The translations under genes were made by a program, and so were the position numbers. This document shows, one piece after another, positions 39,201-53,389 of a DNA stretch of 64,000 nt (positions are counted from its first letter, which is position 1; each line of letters opens with the position of its first letter). Origin of the DNA: Octopus bimaculoides (taxonomy: Eukaryota); assembly GCF_001194135.2 (NCBI RefSeq), contig NC_068991.1:26074615-26138614 (forward strand). Reading direction: 5' to 3'. The notes under the pieces were generated by a model. It was not told where the DNA came from. It did not search any database and saw only the letters and a program-made list of their open reading frames with translations.

Positions 39201-39402
39201 ATCCTTTCTACTGGAGATACAAGACCTCAAATTTTGTGGGAGGGGACTAGTCGATTACATTGACCCCAGTGTTTCACTAGTATTTAATTTATCGACCTCG
39301 AAAGGATGAAGGTCGACTTGAGTGGAATTTGAACTTAGAACGTAGTAACAGACGAAATACCGCTAAGCATTTCACCTGGCGTGCTAACGATTCTGCCAGC
39401 GC
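39201..39402 (+). mobile_element. SINE-like repeat, family A
   Basis: TTTATCGACCTCGAAAGGATGAAGGTCGACTTGAGTGGAATTTGAAC...GCTAACGATTCTGCCAGC. Confidence 0.8.
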
Positions 39403-39999
39403 GGAGAAATAATGAAAAAACTTTTACTAAAAGAATTAACACTTTTTTTTAGAAAGCACTAATAACGTGAAGAGTAGGGATTTACAGAGAGATCAATGTT
39501 AGCATCTTCGAACTGACAAAATCTAGCTTAAATGAACGAACATCTTGGCAAATCGCTGTGCATACATTTTTCACCGCAGAGTAAAAATATTGAAATTTAT
39601 TTTTCTGTCACATGAATTATCTTTCTGGTTTTGCGTGAGAAATCCATTTGTGTGAAATGAGTGAGAGTCATGAAAATTTCGTTTTAAACGTTGTGTTGAC
39701 GGAAATAAGATATGACAGACGTCTGAAACTACAGCATACTTGAACAGATATAGCATCATTCTGGTTGTCTTTTTGGCAGCAATACGTCATCATCTCAATG
39801 CAAGTACATGAAATATTCCCTTCTTTCTCTTATGCAAATGGTTTCTCTGTTATGAACACAATTAAAAACGGAGAGAGGAGGCGGATTCTGGTGTCGGTGG
39901 AGAATAACCAGCACCAAGAAACACTAAATGTTATATTTCACGTTTTCATACTTATACTTTTATGTATATTTTCTTCACCAATTTACGCTTATAGAAAAA

Positions 40000-40072
<73 letters not shown>

Positions 40073-40850
40073 CGCGCGTGTGTGCGTGCGTGTGTGTGTG
40101 TGTGTGAATAAAACATCTTTATTGTCAATTTATAAAGCGATATGTTGCTTATATTCAATGATTATAATTCTAGTTACTGCACTTTTAATCCAGAAATTGG
40201 AACATACTCATTGCAATAAATAAACACTATTATTGCTATACAATTTTCGCCTTGTTATCGCCCCGTCTTTAGTGTTTATATTCATAAATTATAAATACAA
40301 GCAAAATTTACATAAGTGATAATAAGTTTCGCATTGTTTTTAATGCACTGCATGTAAATTCTGTTTTGGGAGTGTAATCCGTGCGAAATACAATAAAATT
40401 ACACGGGTTTTATAAAATGAAACTCGTAAATTGCTGATGGCATTTTGTAACGCGTATACACTTTTATTTATTGTGCTGTAAATCGAGAAATGTTTGAAAA
40501 TCTTCAACCTGTATCCAAGGAGCCACGCACTGGTCTCTACTGGCAAAATCATATTAATTGGTTAAACTGCGAAATTCTTTAAATTGCATAACTCTCTGTG
40601 ATTGAATACTGGGATCTGTCAGATTTTCTGGCATTGGGAAATGTAGCACATATGTAGCACATTTTATGTATATACATTATAGACAGGAAAGGTACTGGAA
40701 TTTTTGTTCGTGACAAAATCACTTATAGACATGTTTTTGTTTTAAGAAAGACACAATATATATTAGAGGGAGAAGACAAAATCATCCAGACAACGGAACA
40801 GCTTCAGGTTCCTCGAAAGTGGTGTTCCATGAACTAAAGGAGAAGGAAAT

Positions 40851-41040
40851 CTGGCAGAAAAGTTAGCAGACCGGGCGAAATTCTTAGCAGTATTTCGTCT
40901 GTCTTCACGTTCTGAGTTCAAATACAAACCGACGTCGACTTTACCTTTCATCATTTCAGGGTCAATAAATGAAGTACCAGTTGCGTACATGGGTCGATCT
41001 AATCGACTGGCCCCTTCCCCTAAATATTGGGGCCTTGTGG
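40851..41040 (-). mobile_element. SINE-like repeat, family A
   Basis: Reverse complement of the family A core (CTGGCAGA...GAGTTCAAAT...GTCGACTTTACCTTTCATC...GTACCAGTTG). Confidence 0.75.
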
Positions 41041-41250
41041 AAAAGAATATCTACTCACTGATACAAAATTTACTGTCAAGAAAATCCCCCCACAACAGCA
41101 TACGAAATTAAACTTAAGGCTAAGCATATAAACATGCACACATCTATATATCTATCTGTCTATCTATCTAACTGTTTGGCTGTCAGGTTGTGTGTCGGTG
41201 CATTTGTGTCTGTCTCTCTGCCGCTCTTTCTCTCTGTATACACACACACG

Positions 41251-41284
<34 letters not shown>

Positions 41285-41367
41285 AACAAACGCACACACA
41301 CGCGCACACACNNNNNNNNNNCGCGCGCACACACACACACACACACACACAAACAAACGCACACACA

Positions 41368-41407
<40 letters not shown>

Positions 41408-41859
41408 ACCACCAGCTGTTGAGTACTTAACCTCATATTAGTCAATTTGTCCTTCCAGCATAATAGATGTAGAGATTAGTTGGTGAGATATCTGTCTAGT
41501 TGTTTAATTTTATTCGTTTCCTTGCACCAAACGTTCCATAGATAATAGAGACAAACAATATATTTTTTCTCTGTTATCGACACACAATGACCGAAAATGA
41601 CATCCACTTATTACTATCTAACCAAGATTTTAAGACATTGAATCCATAAAATTTCATCAAATTTTTTTTCAACAAAACAACTTATGAGAAACAAGCCATA
41701 ACATACAAACGTACACAGAAATTAGTTTTCCTCCGAAACCAGAATGTTTTCCTAAAATTCTATTAAAAGACAGTAAACATTTTAAAATACATATCATTGT
41801 TTATACTAAATTTTCCAAAAATTTGCCTTTCGATGATTTTTGAAAGTTGAACCATAGGA

Positions 41860-42345
41860 ATATCACGGGCCAAGTTCCATCAATGGTCCACTCTCATATG
41901 CAAGTCTCACCCGCCTTCATATCTTTGTTCTATTGATCTTATGGCCTGTTCGAAACGTTCTCTCTGCTCGTCATATGAGTCGCCCAGATTTTCAATGAAT
42001 TTATCACGGTGATAGTATAGCTTTACTTTCATACATGCTCCCCACTGCTCAAAGTTCTCCAGCGTGCTGTCGAGCACTTCAGCATATTTGGTTGCTTTCA
42101 TGATGCCCAGAAAGTCATTTACAACTATTACAAATAAAGTCGATACTTCTGCTTCAATGCCAGTCATTGAATATACAACGTACACATTTTCAAAACTTTA
42201 CTAATTTGAGGCCCATTAAATACTCTAACTTTTATTTTTTCACTGCTCAGACCGGGAAATATGCTGCAGATATGGGGAAACCATGGACCATCTTTATCTA
42301 GAGCTTTAACAAACTGTTTAAATGATGACACGTTTGATATGGTAT
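41860..42345 (-). mobile_element. DNA transposase C-terminal remnant, Chapaev (CMC)-like
   Basis: KQFVKALDKDG...FPGLSSEKIK..VFNGPQI...VVNDFLG..KA.KY...ENLGDSYDEQRERFEQAIRSIEQRYEG. The superfamily assignment is from recall. Confidence 0.65.
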
Positions 42346-42552
42346 GCTGGTAGGATAATTGTTTTCGGGTTCAACTGCAACCACGTGAAGAGACTCTGGA
42401 ACTAATGAATACTAAGTTATGTTCATTAATTTAAATGAAAACAAAAACAAGTCAGAATATTTTATTGTGGCGGCTGTATTGATTTTGCTGGAGTTGGGTA
42501 TTTTCATCATTTTAATCAATAGCAGGAAATATTAATATGGATATATAGATAC

Positions 42553-42591
<39 letters not shown>

Positions 42592-43519
42592 GACACACAC
42601 ACATATATATATATATAAATATAANNNNNNNNNNACACACACACACACACACACAGACACACACACATATATATATATATAAATATAAACCTACATACAT
42701 ACATACACACACACACAAACACACATACACACATATATAATTATATATACGCACATAAAAATAAGTGAGAGATGAAGAAAAAATAATGACCAACACTTTA
42801 GTTCCACGATTTTTTCGGGTGGTGGTTGTCGATTTGGGACATGGAATAAAATCGAAACTATTACCATTTTGTTGACATTCATTGAACTTCCGTATTCTCA
42901 GAAACTGAGCAAAATATACAATTATTAGTTTGATCAATTCTAATCTACTATTAGATTTGCTGTAAAGTACTCAGTTGCTCTGACCATTTTGCTGCTTACG
43001 GTCATCTTCTTAGCACGACCACTCCACTTCATTATACCATATCAATCAGAAAGTGTCTTTCTCAACGCTGTATGTTCTGAAAGCTGTATAATAAACAAGG
43101 TACTAAAAATTATATACCTCTGTTTTTGAACTACATTGGTGTTTCATTTTGCCTTTTGCTATTTTTGTAAACTTTAAATGACAGCTGTTCTAGACGGACT
43201 ATGTAAGGATATCAACATATACTTTGGAGAGACAACTTTCAATAAGCTGTAATTTTATGATGTGATGTCAGTATTTGCATATCAGAGATTTGAATATCAG
43301 AGTTTTTGAATATCAGAAAAAAAAAAAAGATTCAATCTAGACATAATACAACCTTAGTATATAACAATCTAAGTAATATTAATAACTAAAATGCACCCTA
43401 TCCTTGCCAATACTCCCTCATATAAGAGCATTCTTTTTTATATTAAAAATACGAAGGGCTGTTTGGTTGTGTGTCACCTAATATAATATGACCACATGCA
43501 TTATTTGCTTGCTTTGTAT

Positions 43520-43780
43520 ATCCATCTATCTTTGCTCAGAGTTCAGGCAAATGTCATGAGTGTAGAACCTTCAACCACCTTTTCCATAGGGTTCACTCAG
43601 AAGCAACCATTATTAGACTTTTCGGCTGGATTCCCAAGCACGACCAACTAAGACAATGTATAATATCCAAGCATTCTGTTCGTGCTCTATCTCTGGGTCA
43701 CCCACTAACTGACTCGGCTTGAACCATCCATCATGCAATTCTTTCCTATGACATTCTAATCATGTATCCATAGTGTAGGT
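43520..43780 (-). mobile_element. RTE-like LINE 3' fragment, very degenerate
   Basis: GYMIRMS*ERIA...G*PRDRARTECLDII resembles GHV.RM..ER.....G.R.RGRP...W.D.I. Confidence 0.4.
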
Positions 43781-45052
43781 GCTGTGTCTTCTCAATGCGA
43801 AGTTGCTGTATTCAAACAAAATGAGCATTTCAGTGTAGAAGATATAAATGTAAATATAACAAGAATACACGCTAAATCATTTACATTGTAATTACAACAG
43901 AATATTGTTTAAGTAACAACAAGGAGGTGAAGATAGACTCAATAACTGAAACTTCGCCCGTCAGAAAATGTGGTTGAATCAGCAATGTGAAATTGAGGAC
44001 ACCTGCATAACATGAGAAAACGTTTCGCTGTTTGATTGGGATATTCCTTCGCAATTATCATGTTTCAATTTGAATTCAACCGTTCAACTCCCCAAATAAA
44101 CGTCTTTTGTGGTAACCTGAAATTGATTCGATAAAAAATTGCTGGCAAATTAAAAAAAAAAGCCTGTCGCAAGGAATATTTCTCTGTTAAACAGGTAGAC
44201 TGAAGATCATCTTCTGGTTCTAATTTCATAACATCATGATCCTCGGGTAATCTTAGAGGCTCCCACTCCCTTTAGAGGCACCACTCTGAAGCATGCTAAC
44301 CTCAGGCTGACAATTGTCAGACTAAGGTTAATGTGCTTCTATTTTGGATACTTTTGTTACGGGCCTTGAAGAATGTTATGGGCCTCAAATATTATATAGT
44401 AATCTTTCAGTTCAACACATTATATATATTTCATATTATTTGTTGGATTAATTTTGGCAAATATTGCACCAAAATAATTCTGTATGATAATTGGCATCAC
44501 AACATTTAATTCTATATTTTACTTTTATGAATTTTATTGATTTCAGTCATTGAATTGCAGCCAAACTTGATCATAGATCTTAAGAGAGTTGTCGGTCATA
44601 TCGTCCTTTGTATTTTATTCCAGCCTAGGATATCTTTTCTGATGTCTATTCATAGAACAGTCAAACCACCTACTTATTGACGTAAACCAATGCGATTCGT
44701 CACAACACTATTTCAATATGCGAAAACAATCAGGTATTTACATATATATATATGAAATCACACATTGAAACACACACACACACACATATATACACACACT
44801 CACACGAAAGCCCACATACAATGAAGTAGGTTTAATTTAAATTTATACACTCATAGACAGAGACACAAACCGACACACACACTTGCACACACGTGTATAC
44901 ACACTTATATATATACTCATGCACATACATAGTCTCACAAATTTATATACACAGGCACATACGTTTATACTCTATTCACTAAACATAAACGAGATATATG
45001 TTTATATATGTATATATATATATAAACATATGTATGTGTATGTATGTGTATG

Positions 45053-45128
<76 letters not shown>

Positions 45129-45418
45129 GATATCTATATTTATAAGTATCCATAGACGTATGGTATGTCTACATACTCTACTCTATTCACTGAACATAAA
45201 CGAGATATATGTTTATAGGCACAATGATTCTTTTAGAAGCTTTTATAAATGCACAAAGAAAGATCTACACGAATAAATGCACGCCCAGTAAATTAGAGTG
45301 GAAGCCTAAGACTAAATGTAGAAATGTGTGTTAGTGTACACAAAGAATTCAATTCCAAGGTTTAATACATGTACGTACACGTGCATGCCTCTATCTATTA
45401 AACTAACTACTTATTGAA

Positions 45419-45494
<76 letters not shown>

Positions 45495-46765
45495 TTATAC
45501 AACTATGTATACAGCTGTCTATGCATCGATCCAGCTAACCAAATATCTCCCTAGTTACCTAACTGTTAATCTACTTAAGCCGAGCGTAGTTTTTAGTACC
45601 ATATTATAATAACTATAAAATAAAGAAAAATAGTGACCACAAAATAGCTAGCTATACATATCTAATCCATTCTCGTACCTATAAGCATATATCTTAAAAT
45701 ATTAAAAGCCAGAAATAAGATTTTAAATGGAAAGTAAAAATTAAAGGTATATTGAAAAAATATCAAATTGTATACAATTTATTTAATATTTAAACACAAG
45801 GAACACAGAATAATGGAAAATTGATAGTAAAGGCTATCGTATAAATAAAATATACAATAAATAAAGATAAAAGGTAAAATAATTAAGAGGTTTTAAATTG
45901 AAAAGAAACCATGGTCGAAAGAAAAAATGATTGTCATGCATAACTTATCAGTTAAACAATATGAATTATAGATGATGCCTATGAAGATACATCTTAAAAT
46001 AAAAAGCAATGTGAAATCATTAACAGAAGATACCTAAAATGAAATTAAGCAATATAATGATATAACATGACATATACAAAATTAAGTAAAGGTGAGTGAA
46101 AAGAATATATTACAATATATATGACACCATTAATAAGGAGAAAAGTGAAAAATTAAGAAATATCAAACTAAAGTCTGTGATATAGACTTGGTTAAAAGTG
46201 TTGCATAGCAAAACAAATAATGATATTGAATATGACATAACAAAAATAAAATATAGTAATATTGAAACGATTTAGTCAAAGATAAAATGTAAAAGGTATT
46301 TAAGAAATCTGTGATCTAAACAGAATCCATGCAGAATATAAGACTAAGTAAAGATATATATCAAGGTATAAAATAGAAGATAATAAAGAAATCATAATCT
46401 GAAGAAAAGGTAGAGTATGCTTCCGTACATGATCCTCTAGTAAAGAAAAGAAGAGGGCTGGGCCTGAGATGTAAACGTATGTGTATACATACATACATAC
46501 ATACATATATACATAATACATTCATACATATATAGCCACGTGGTTGCATAGGTTTGTATCAGTGTGTGCCTATGTGACAATGTTATTGTGTATATGTGTG
46601 AGTATATGTCTACATATGTTTGTTCATGTGTATGTCTTATGTTTGCATGTCTGTATGCGGAAAAATAACAGTTTGGTTATAGGTCTTTCATATTCGTGCA
46701 TGTGCTTGTCTATATCTGTGTGTACGTGTGTCGATTCGTGTATGGATACGGACACACACGTGTGT

Positions 46766-46808
<43 letters not shown>

Positions 46809-46913
46809 TATGTGTATGCATTTATGCGTGTATGAATATGTCAGCACATATGTGTGCGTATGGGTGTGTGTACATGTGTTTATATATATATATATATATA
46901 TACATACAGAGAG

Positions 46914-46957
<44 letters not shown>

Positions 46958-47336
46958 GATAGAGAGAGAGAGGGAGAGAGAAATATACATGCCTATGTCT
47001 ATATGAGCATATATGTGCTAATTGCTGTTAGTGTATGTATTCATCTATGCTGATTAGTGAGTGGTTTCCATTCCTTTGTAGGAGAAAAGGGTTGCTGAAT
47101 TAAAAGCATAGACTATTTTGCGAATCTTATTTTACTGTTATCGTCGCCACAAAAGTCAATAAATGGCTAATGGTCGATTAACACTTAATACTTCGAACTG
47201 CAGTAATTCTTCGCCATATCGCGGTCCACCTATTGCGCTTTATTATTAAGCTTACGTCGATGCCTCCGTGGTGTTGTTTTATATTTATAATAAAATAAAT
47301 ATATACAAATTATAAGGATAAGAAAGAAAATTACAG

Positions 47337-47419
47337 TACAGTACTGTTTCTACTTCGCGGATTTTCACCTATCGCGGGTGGTTGGAATATAACACTCCGA
47401 TAGTCGATGAATTACTGTA
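47337..47419. mobile_element. Short pogo/Tigger-like MITE
   Basis: TACAGTA...TACTGTA termini with internal CTTCGCGGATTTTCACCTATCGCGGG. Confidence 0.4.
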
Positions 47420-47780
47420 TAACATAAATTCTAACCGGCTTTATTTTAACATTACTTTGACTTAGTTCTATACATAATATTAACATTTATTCTCTAAAAA
47501 ACTAAGGTAGATATCAAGTGAAATCTATTGGTATTCAGTATATTTGCATAGTGTCACACGCCTAAATGAACTCCTACCAAATCATTCATTAATCGATGAT
47601 GCATTCAAAAGATCACATGTGAGGAAGCGAACTGACAATAAAATTATTATATAGTTTCATATATTATAACAAGCATTACATAACATTTTATGAGATGGAC
47701 TAAAATGTCCATTTAGAAAAATAGTCTTAATGAGAATTTCAATTCACTTTTCCGCATTTAAATTATATGTGTGTATGTGT

Positions 47781-47832
<52 letters not shown>

Positions 47833-47954
47833 CGAAACATAAAAACAAACATTGACATATACATATATTATATATACGCATATGTAGTATAATATAGGTC
47901 TACATGCATACACACACACACACAAACACACACATACACACACATATACATGTA

Positions 47955-49239
47955 GACTGATTTTAGTTTGACCAATATATTGTTCTCGACACCCTGGGCA
48001 AGTTAACACATATATCAGGTTTTCCGAAGCACACGAAGTTGTTTTTCACTGTAAGACGTTGACAGTCTTTAAAGGAGAATTCTGATGCCTCAATTAGTTT
48101 GGCGTATATACCAAAGTTAGGTCCTCGGCATGTTTTACTGTCGGTTTCATGTTGTTGACGAGTGTACTTGGGCTTGTGTTAGAAGACATTTTATTGACTT
48201 AGGTTGTCTTTTGTTCTTTATGATGGCGTGCGTTTGGATCATTTGGTTCATCCTCTGGTCCATTTTCTGTAAATGAATGTTCTGGAGAATGGTGTCGAAG
48301 GCTTTATTGTTTGGGAGGTTGTGTGTGGATATGTATGGTAAGACATTTGGTTGTGTATGGATATGTATGGTAAAACATTTGGTTGTAATTCATTCTTTAG
48401 TTTGGGATGTCTAAGTATGTAGATGTTGAGTTTAGGGTACATTGAAAACCTCTATGAATTAGTGATGGTGGGTAATTTCTGCTGATGAGTGTATCCTTTA
48501 GCTCATGTAGTCGTTTGTCCCTGGTACTTGTATCAGATATTATAGTGCAAGTCCTTTTTGCCATGTTGAAAGGGATATCCATTCTAGTGTGTCTGGGGTG
48601 GCATGAATTGAACAGTAGATATTGCTTGGAGTCCGTGGGCTTATAGTATATGTCGGTTTCTATTTTGCTGTTGGATTTCTTAACGACGATGTCGAGGAAT
48701 GGAAGATGTTGATGGTTATATGCCATCGTAAATTGAATGTTACGTCCATTTAGAAGTGCTTGAAATCATTTAAGACTCTATACTTTCATGTCAAAGAATG
48801 AAGCAGTCATCTGGATATCTCTTTCGGTTATTTTCTATGTAAAGGGAGAATGGGTTCCCATATTTTTCTAGTACCTTTCAATAAAGAGTGGTTTATTGGT
48901 ACCCCCAAGACTGGGTTAGCAAAGGAGGGGGCCATTCTCGTACCCATCGCAGACCCCGAATTATGTCAATAGAAGTTATTATCGAATACGAAGAAGTTAT
49001 TCTCCAAGATGAATTTTTGTCCTTCTATTACGAATACTTTTTCCGGGCGGAGTGGGAGTTAATTGGAGTAATTCTCTAGCCAGAATTGGATTGCCTCTAT
49101 TCTTAGATTCCATCGAAGGACACTAATAAGGTTTTCTTTGTTAATTGTTTCAGAGAGATGGTTGAGCATATCTAGGTCGTCCCTTATGTAGTTTTTGATA
49201 TGCTTGAGGAATAGTTTAAGAGGGTATCTAAAAAGGTGT
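47955..49239 (-). mobile_element. Penelope-like retroelement remnant (RT to start of GIY-YIG)
   Basis: MGTRMAPSFAN; DDCFIL; LPFLDIVV...ETDIYYKPTDSKQYLLFNSCHPRHT; TCPGCREQYIGQTK. Cut by (CA)n at the 3' end and by a gap at the 5' end. Confidence 0.9.
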
Positions 49240-50009
49240 NNNNNNNNNNNNNNNNNNNNNNNNNNNNNNNNNNNNNNNNNNNNNNNNNNNNNNNNNNNNN
49301 NNNNNNNNNNNNNNNNNNNNNNNNNNNNNNNNNNNNNNNNNNNNNNNNNNNNNNNNNNNNNNNNNNNNNNNNNNNNNNNNNNNNNNNNNNNNNNNTATAT
49401 ATATATATATATGTATATGTATATATATATGCATGGATATCTTTATAGATAATTATGTATAAGTATGCATATATGCGCACGCACGCACGCACACACACAC
49501 ACACCCACACACACATAATTGAAATACACTGAGATTGTATTAGCATTAATTAAAATTTAATTACATTTTAACATATAGGAGTACACTTTACTGCTTTCAG
49601 ATTAAATTTTCAAACCTGTACAGTGTAATGAAATGGGTTATGAATTCTGTCTATTCTAGCCGTTGTTATAAAATAATTTGTTATTAAAGTAGGTATGGGA
49701 CTCAGAAAAACTTTCCAATTACGTAGAAATTCATTGATCAACGTTCGTCTGGTAGCCGTGCGAGAAAGTCCCACAAAAGCATTTCACCATAACTGTCATA
49801 TGGCAGTTAGGTAAGAGAGATATGAATAAGTGATATAATATTTGTTTATATAAGAATGTTACAGTAATTATCATTATTCTGTAGAACAATAATATTATCA
49901 ATTAGTCTTAGTTCCCTCTCATTAAATATGTTAAAATGTATCCATTAATTATTACTAAGGTGGGGTGTAAATAATATAGATGATAGGTTCTGCATGAATT
50001 TTGGTTTTC

Positions 50010-51950
50010 TTAAGACTTAAGGCAAATACAAAATAAAAATCGTGTATTGCGGATGTTTTTTTTTCTTCTTTGCCTGTTCCGCAGTGGCTGGTATGTTTTT
50101 TTAATAAATGAACTTACCTTATTATTTCTTGTTCGGTCTGCAGTATTGACAGTGTGGGAAGACGAGAAATTTGTGAGATTTGGTTTTCGGGCTTGTGACA
50201 GATGTTCACTTGTTTTGGAATCGCGTATTTTTATACAATAGATATATAATCTCATTCTGTAAGTGAGTTTAGTTTGCATTTGATGGCGTATGTTATTTTT
50301 TTTTTTTAAATGTAAAATAACTTTTTCACAGTAAAAACCTGATTGAAATTTATAAGCTGGTCCTCAATTTCCACATTTTAAGTGTTGAAGTCGAGGCCGC
50401 AGCCGGGAGCTTCGCGTTGGTAAATAATTTTTTAGGAACTTTTTTGCCGTTTGCATTTCATTATTTTATGTTTAAAGTGCCTTTTTCATTCTTGGGTATT
50501 GACTCAATAACAACATGTTTTGATATATAATGCTGATTGTTTCTGTGTTTCTGGGGGGTGGGGGGGTGGAGGTGGAATTAAAGATATAGTTGTGGTCCAT
50601 CTGAACTGTTTTTTTGCTTTCTTGCAATGTTTCAATGTCTATTACTTTAGCGCATTCTTTTCCATTCTCTATCAGAGAACACGGTTGCTGTCGTTCACGT
50701 AGTGCCTCTTTCAATTGAAGGCGTCTTTGGTTCTGAACGTCCGGTCTGGAGATAATTGTTCAAATTTTACTAGCTAGGACGAATGTGATATTGGATCGGG
50801 CATGATTTAGGTGGCATGAAAAAAATAGTCGATACTGTTTAGAGTCCGTTTGCTTGTAGTAGGTGTCGGTTTCATAGTGAACTGAAAACCCTTAATCATG
50901 CAACCGAGTGGGAAACTTGAAATCATTGCATTCATCTAGGCTGTGTCCAGAGAATAAAGCAGTCATCTGAGCATCGTATCCAATTTTCTGCAGATAATTT
51001 TGAAAATTGATATGTAATTTTATTTTGTCCTTTTAATACATTAGGCCTTCTAGACATGCCATAACTAAGGTCACGTATGTTGAAGCTATTTTTGTAATAA
51101 TCGTAGTTCCAGATATATGTTGGTATGTGTTTTTCTCGAAAATAAAGTTGTTTTGATGGATGAATTTTAATCCTTCTGTGATCAAATCGGTTCTGAATTT
51201 CATCAGGGAATTTTCTTAGAGAAAATGCTATTGCATCTTGTCCATACTTCTCTGCGATAGTAGTATAATGTCATACTATATCAAATATAGCACTTATGAT
51301 ATTCCTCTTATCGTTTCGGGAGGTGGCATAATAGGTCAAGTTTATCCCTTATGAAACTTGGTATGAATTTTAAGAAAGTTTTTAACAAGTTGCTATGCCT
51401 GTGAGTTTCACAGCCAGTGTCTCGGATCAGCCTTAATTACTGTCCTTCAGAAAGGCGTGCTTATGCAGTGAGTGTGATTCTTTGCAAGCATCAGAAATTG
51501 CTTTATTTTTGTGGAGTTTGGGAAATCTGTTGAAACAAAAATGGTTTTAGTCATAAAAGCTTTTAAGTTAAGCCACTTCCCCGTTGGTTGATGAGAATGT
51601 TAAGTTTAAACATTGTTTATATTTGTTATTAGTTGTTTACTATTTTATAGTGATGGTGTCTTGGAGTAAAGTTCATGCGGTAGTTTTGTACTGTTCCATA
51701 TATAAATTACAACACATCTCTTATAAGTTTGTTTTAAGACTATTATTATTTTTTTTCAAGTCATGTATAGTTTTCCATTCTATTCTTGCCGAATGGAAGT
51801 TCAAATCAAGGGAAAGTGGACATAAACTCAGAAAATCTACTTAGTATTTTGTTTGTTCTTTTGTTGGGTTTCTTCCTTTTGTAATTGCTTTTGTTTTGCA
51901 CAGTAGATTGATCCGTGTTTTCTTTATTGAAAAGATCTTCTGTTAATCTT
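50010..51950 (-). mobile_element. Penelope-like retroelement remnant, near-complete ORF, in tandem with the previous copy
   Basis: ISGTTIITKIASTYVTLVMACLE; WIRCSDDCFILW; MKPTPTTSK; MKEALRERQQP; GIY-YIG tail RMRL...SEHL...FIKKTYQPL. Many stops and frameshifts. Confidence 0.8.
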
Positions 51951-51967
51951 AATTTTCTCACACCTCC

Positions 51968-51999
<32 letters not shown>

Positions 52000-52044
52000 A
52001 CATACTTCGTATTTCAAGAATTAAATTACTAGTAGACATACATA

Positions 52045-52256
52045 CGTTTGCTTGTAGTAGGTGTCGGTTTCATAGTGAACTGAAAACCCTTAATCATGCA
52101 ACCGAGTGGGAAACTTGAAATCATTGCATTCATCTAGGCTGTGTCCAGAGAATAAAGCAGTCATCTGAGCATCGTATCCAATTTTCTGCAGATAATTTTG
52201 AAAATTGATATGTAATTTTATTTTGTCCTTTTAATACATTAGGCCTTCTAGACATG
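52045..52256 (+). repeat. 212-bp duplicate of 50847-51058 (PLE RT core)
   Basis: CGTTTGCTTGTAGTAGG...GGCCTTCTAGACATG reads identically at both positions by eye. Confidence 0.9.
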
Positions 52257-53140
52257 TATACACGCGCTCGCGAGCACGCACACACACACATACACATATA
52301 TAACTATTTATGGGTATGTGTGTGTGTGGAGCATACTTTAGATGTAAACAATTTTAGCACCACTGCAAATGTAGTAAAATGGAATACATACCAGCGTGGT
52401 AGAATTCTGATTTGGTTTTAAATCTCAGCTAAAATTGTCACTTATTCAAATATCTTTAAATTTCTTTTGTGTCAGTACGGATTTTAAGAATATTGCATGT
52501 GATTCTTGGAAACATGTTTCTTTGTGCTTTCTTAAAGGATATGTATATCTTCCGTTGTATTTATGTTCTTAAGCGTATTTTCCATTATGCTATGCTCTAT
52601 AATACTTTTGAAATGCTCAAATTAAAACTATATTCTAATATCTGTTTTCTGTATTCAAATAAGAATCGCGTATTTTATGTTTCTCGCAAATAATCATAAT
52701 TTACAAGAAAATAACTTTGGCATAATATCGTCAGATCAAGAGGAATGTATGTATAAAACTACAAAAGCTGTATTATGCACCGACTTAAAAGAGTTTTTGG
52801 CTTTTCAATCAACTATGGAACGAATATGTGACAGCATTAATTCAAGACTCTTTTAGGTATTATTTCATCTTTGTAGACATAGGAGGATATCTAACATAAT
52901 GTAGTCCTAGATATACGTTGCCTACAACAGGTTGGGTTGTTCACATTTGCAATGCCTTGATAATACCTATGTACTTCAGGGTTAACGCGAAATTAAGTAT
53001 CACGGACTTTCCTTACGGTTACGAATGTCATACTTAGAGGGCTTCTAATTTATACAAACGTTAACATGTATTGTTAGTACAACTTCTTTATCGTTGTTGT
53101 ATTTTGTAATTTGTGATGTTGACCCGAAATTCATAATTCT

Positions 53141-53352
53141 TTCCTTTCTACTCTAGGCAGAAGGCCTGAAATTTTCAGGGAGAGGGTGGTTGATTACGTG
53201 TTCCATATTACTAAACTAGTTCTTATATTATTGACTCCGAAAAGGTGAAATAGAGAATCGACCACGGTGGAATTTGAACTGCGAATTTAAAGAAGGACTA
53301 AAGGCCGGTATGACTTGTGTCGGGCCTGCTAAAAGTTCTGACAGCTAGCCGT
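53141..53352 (+). mobile_element. SINE-like repeat, family A
   Basis: TTCCTTTCTACTCTAGGCAGAAGGCCTGAAATTT...TCGACCACGGTGGAATTTGAACT...TTCTGACAGCT. Confidence 0.7.
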
Positions 53353-53389
53353 CTTGATCCAATATTAATATTTTCTTGGATGAACCAGG

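Noticed and set aside
41225-41405. Near-identical CA/CG repeat blocks on both sides of a 10-N gap
   Set aside because: Typical unmerged contig overlap at a scaffold join.
42545-42700. Duplicated microsatellite block around a 10-N gap
   Set aside because: Same assembly artefact pattern.
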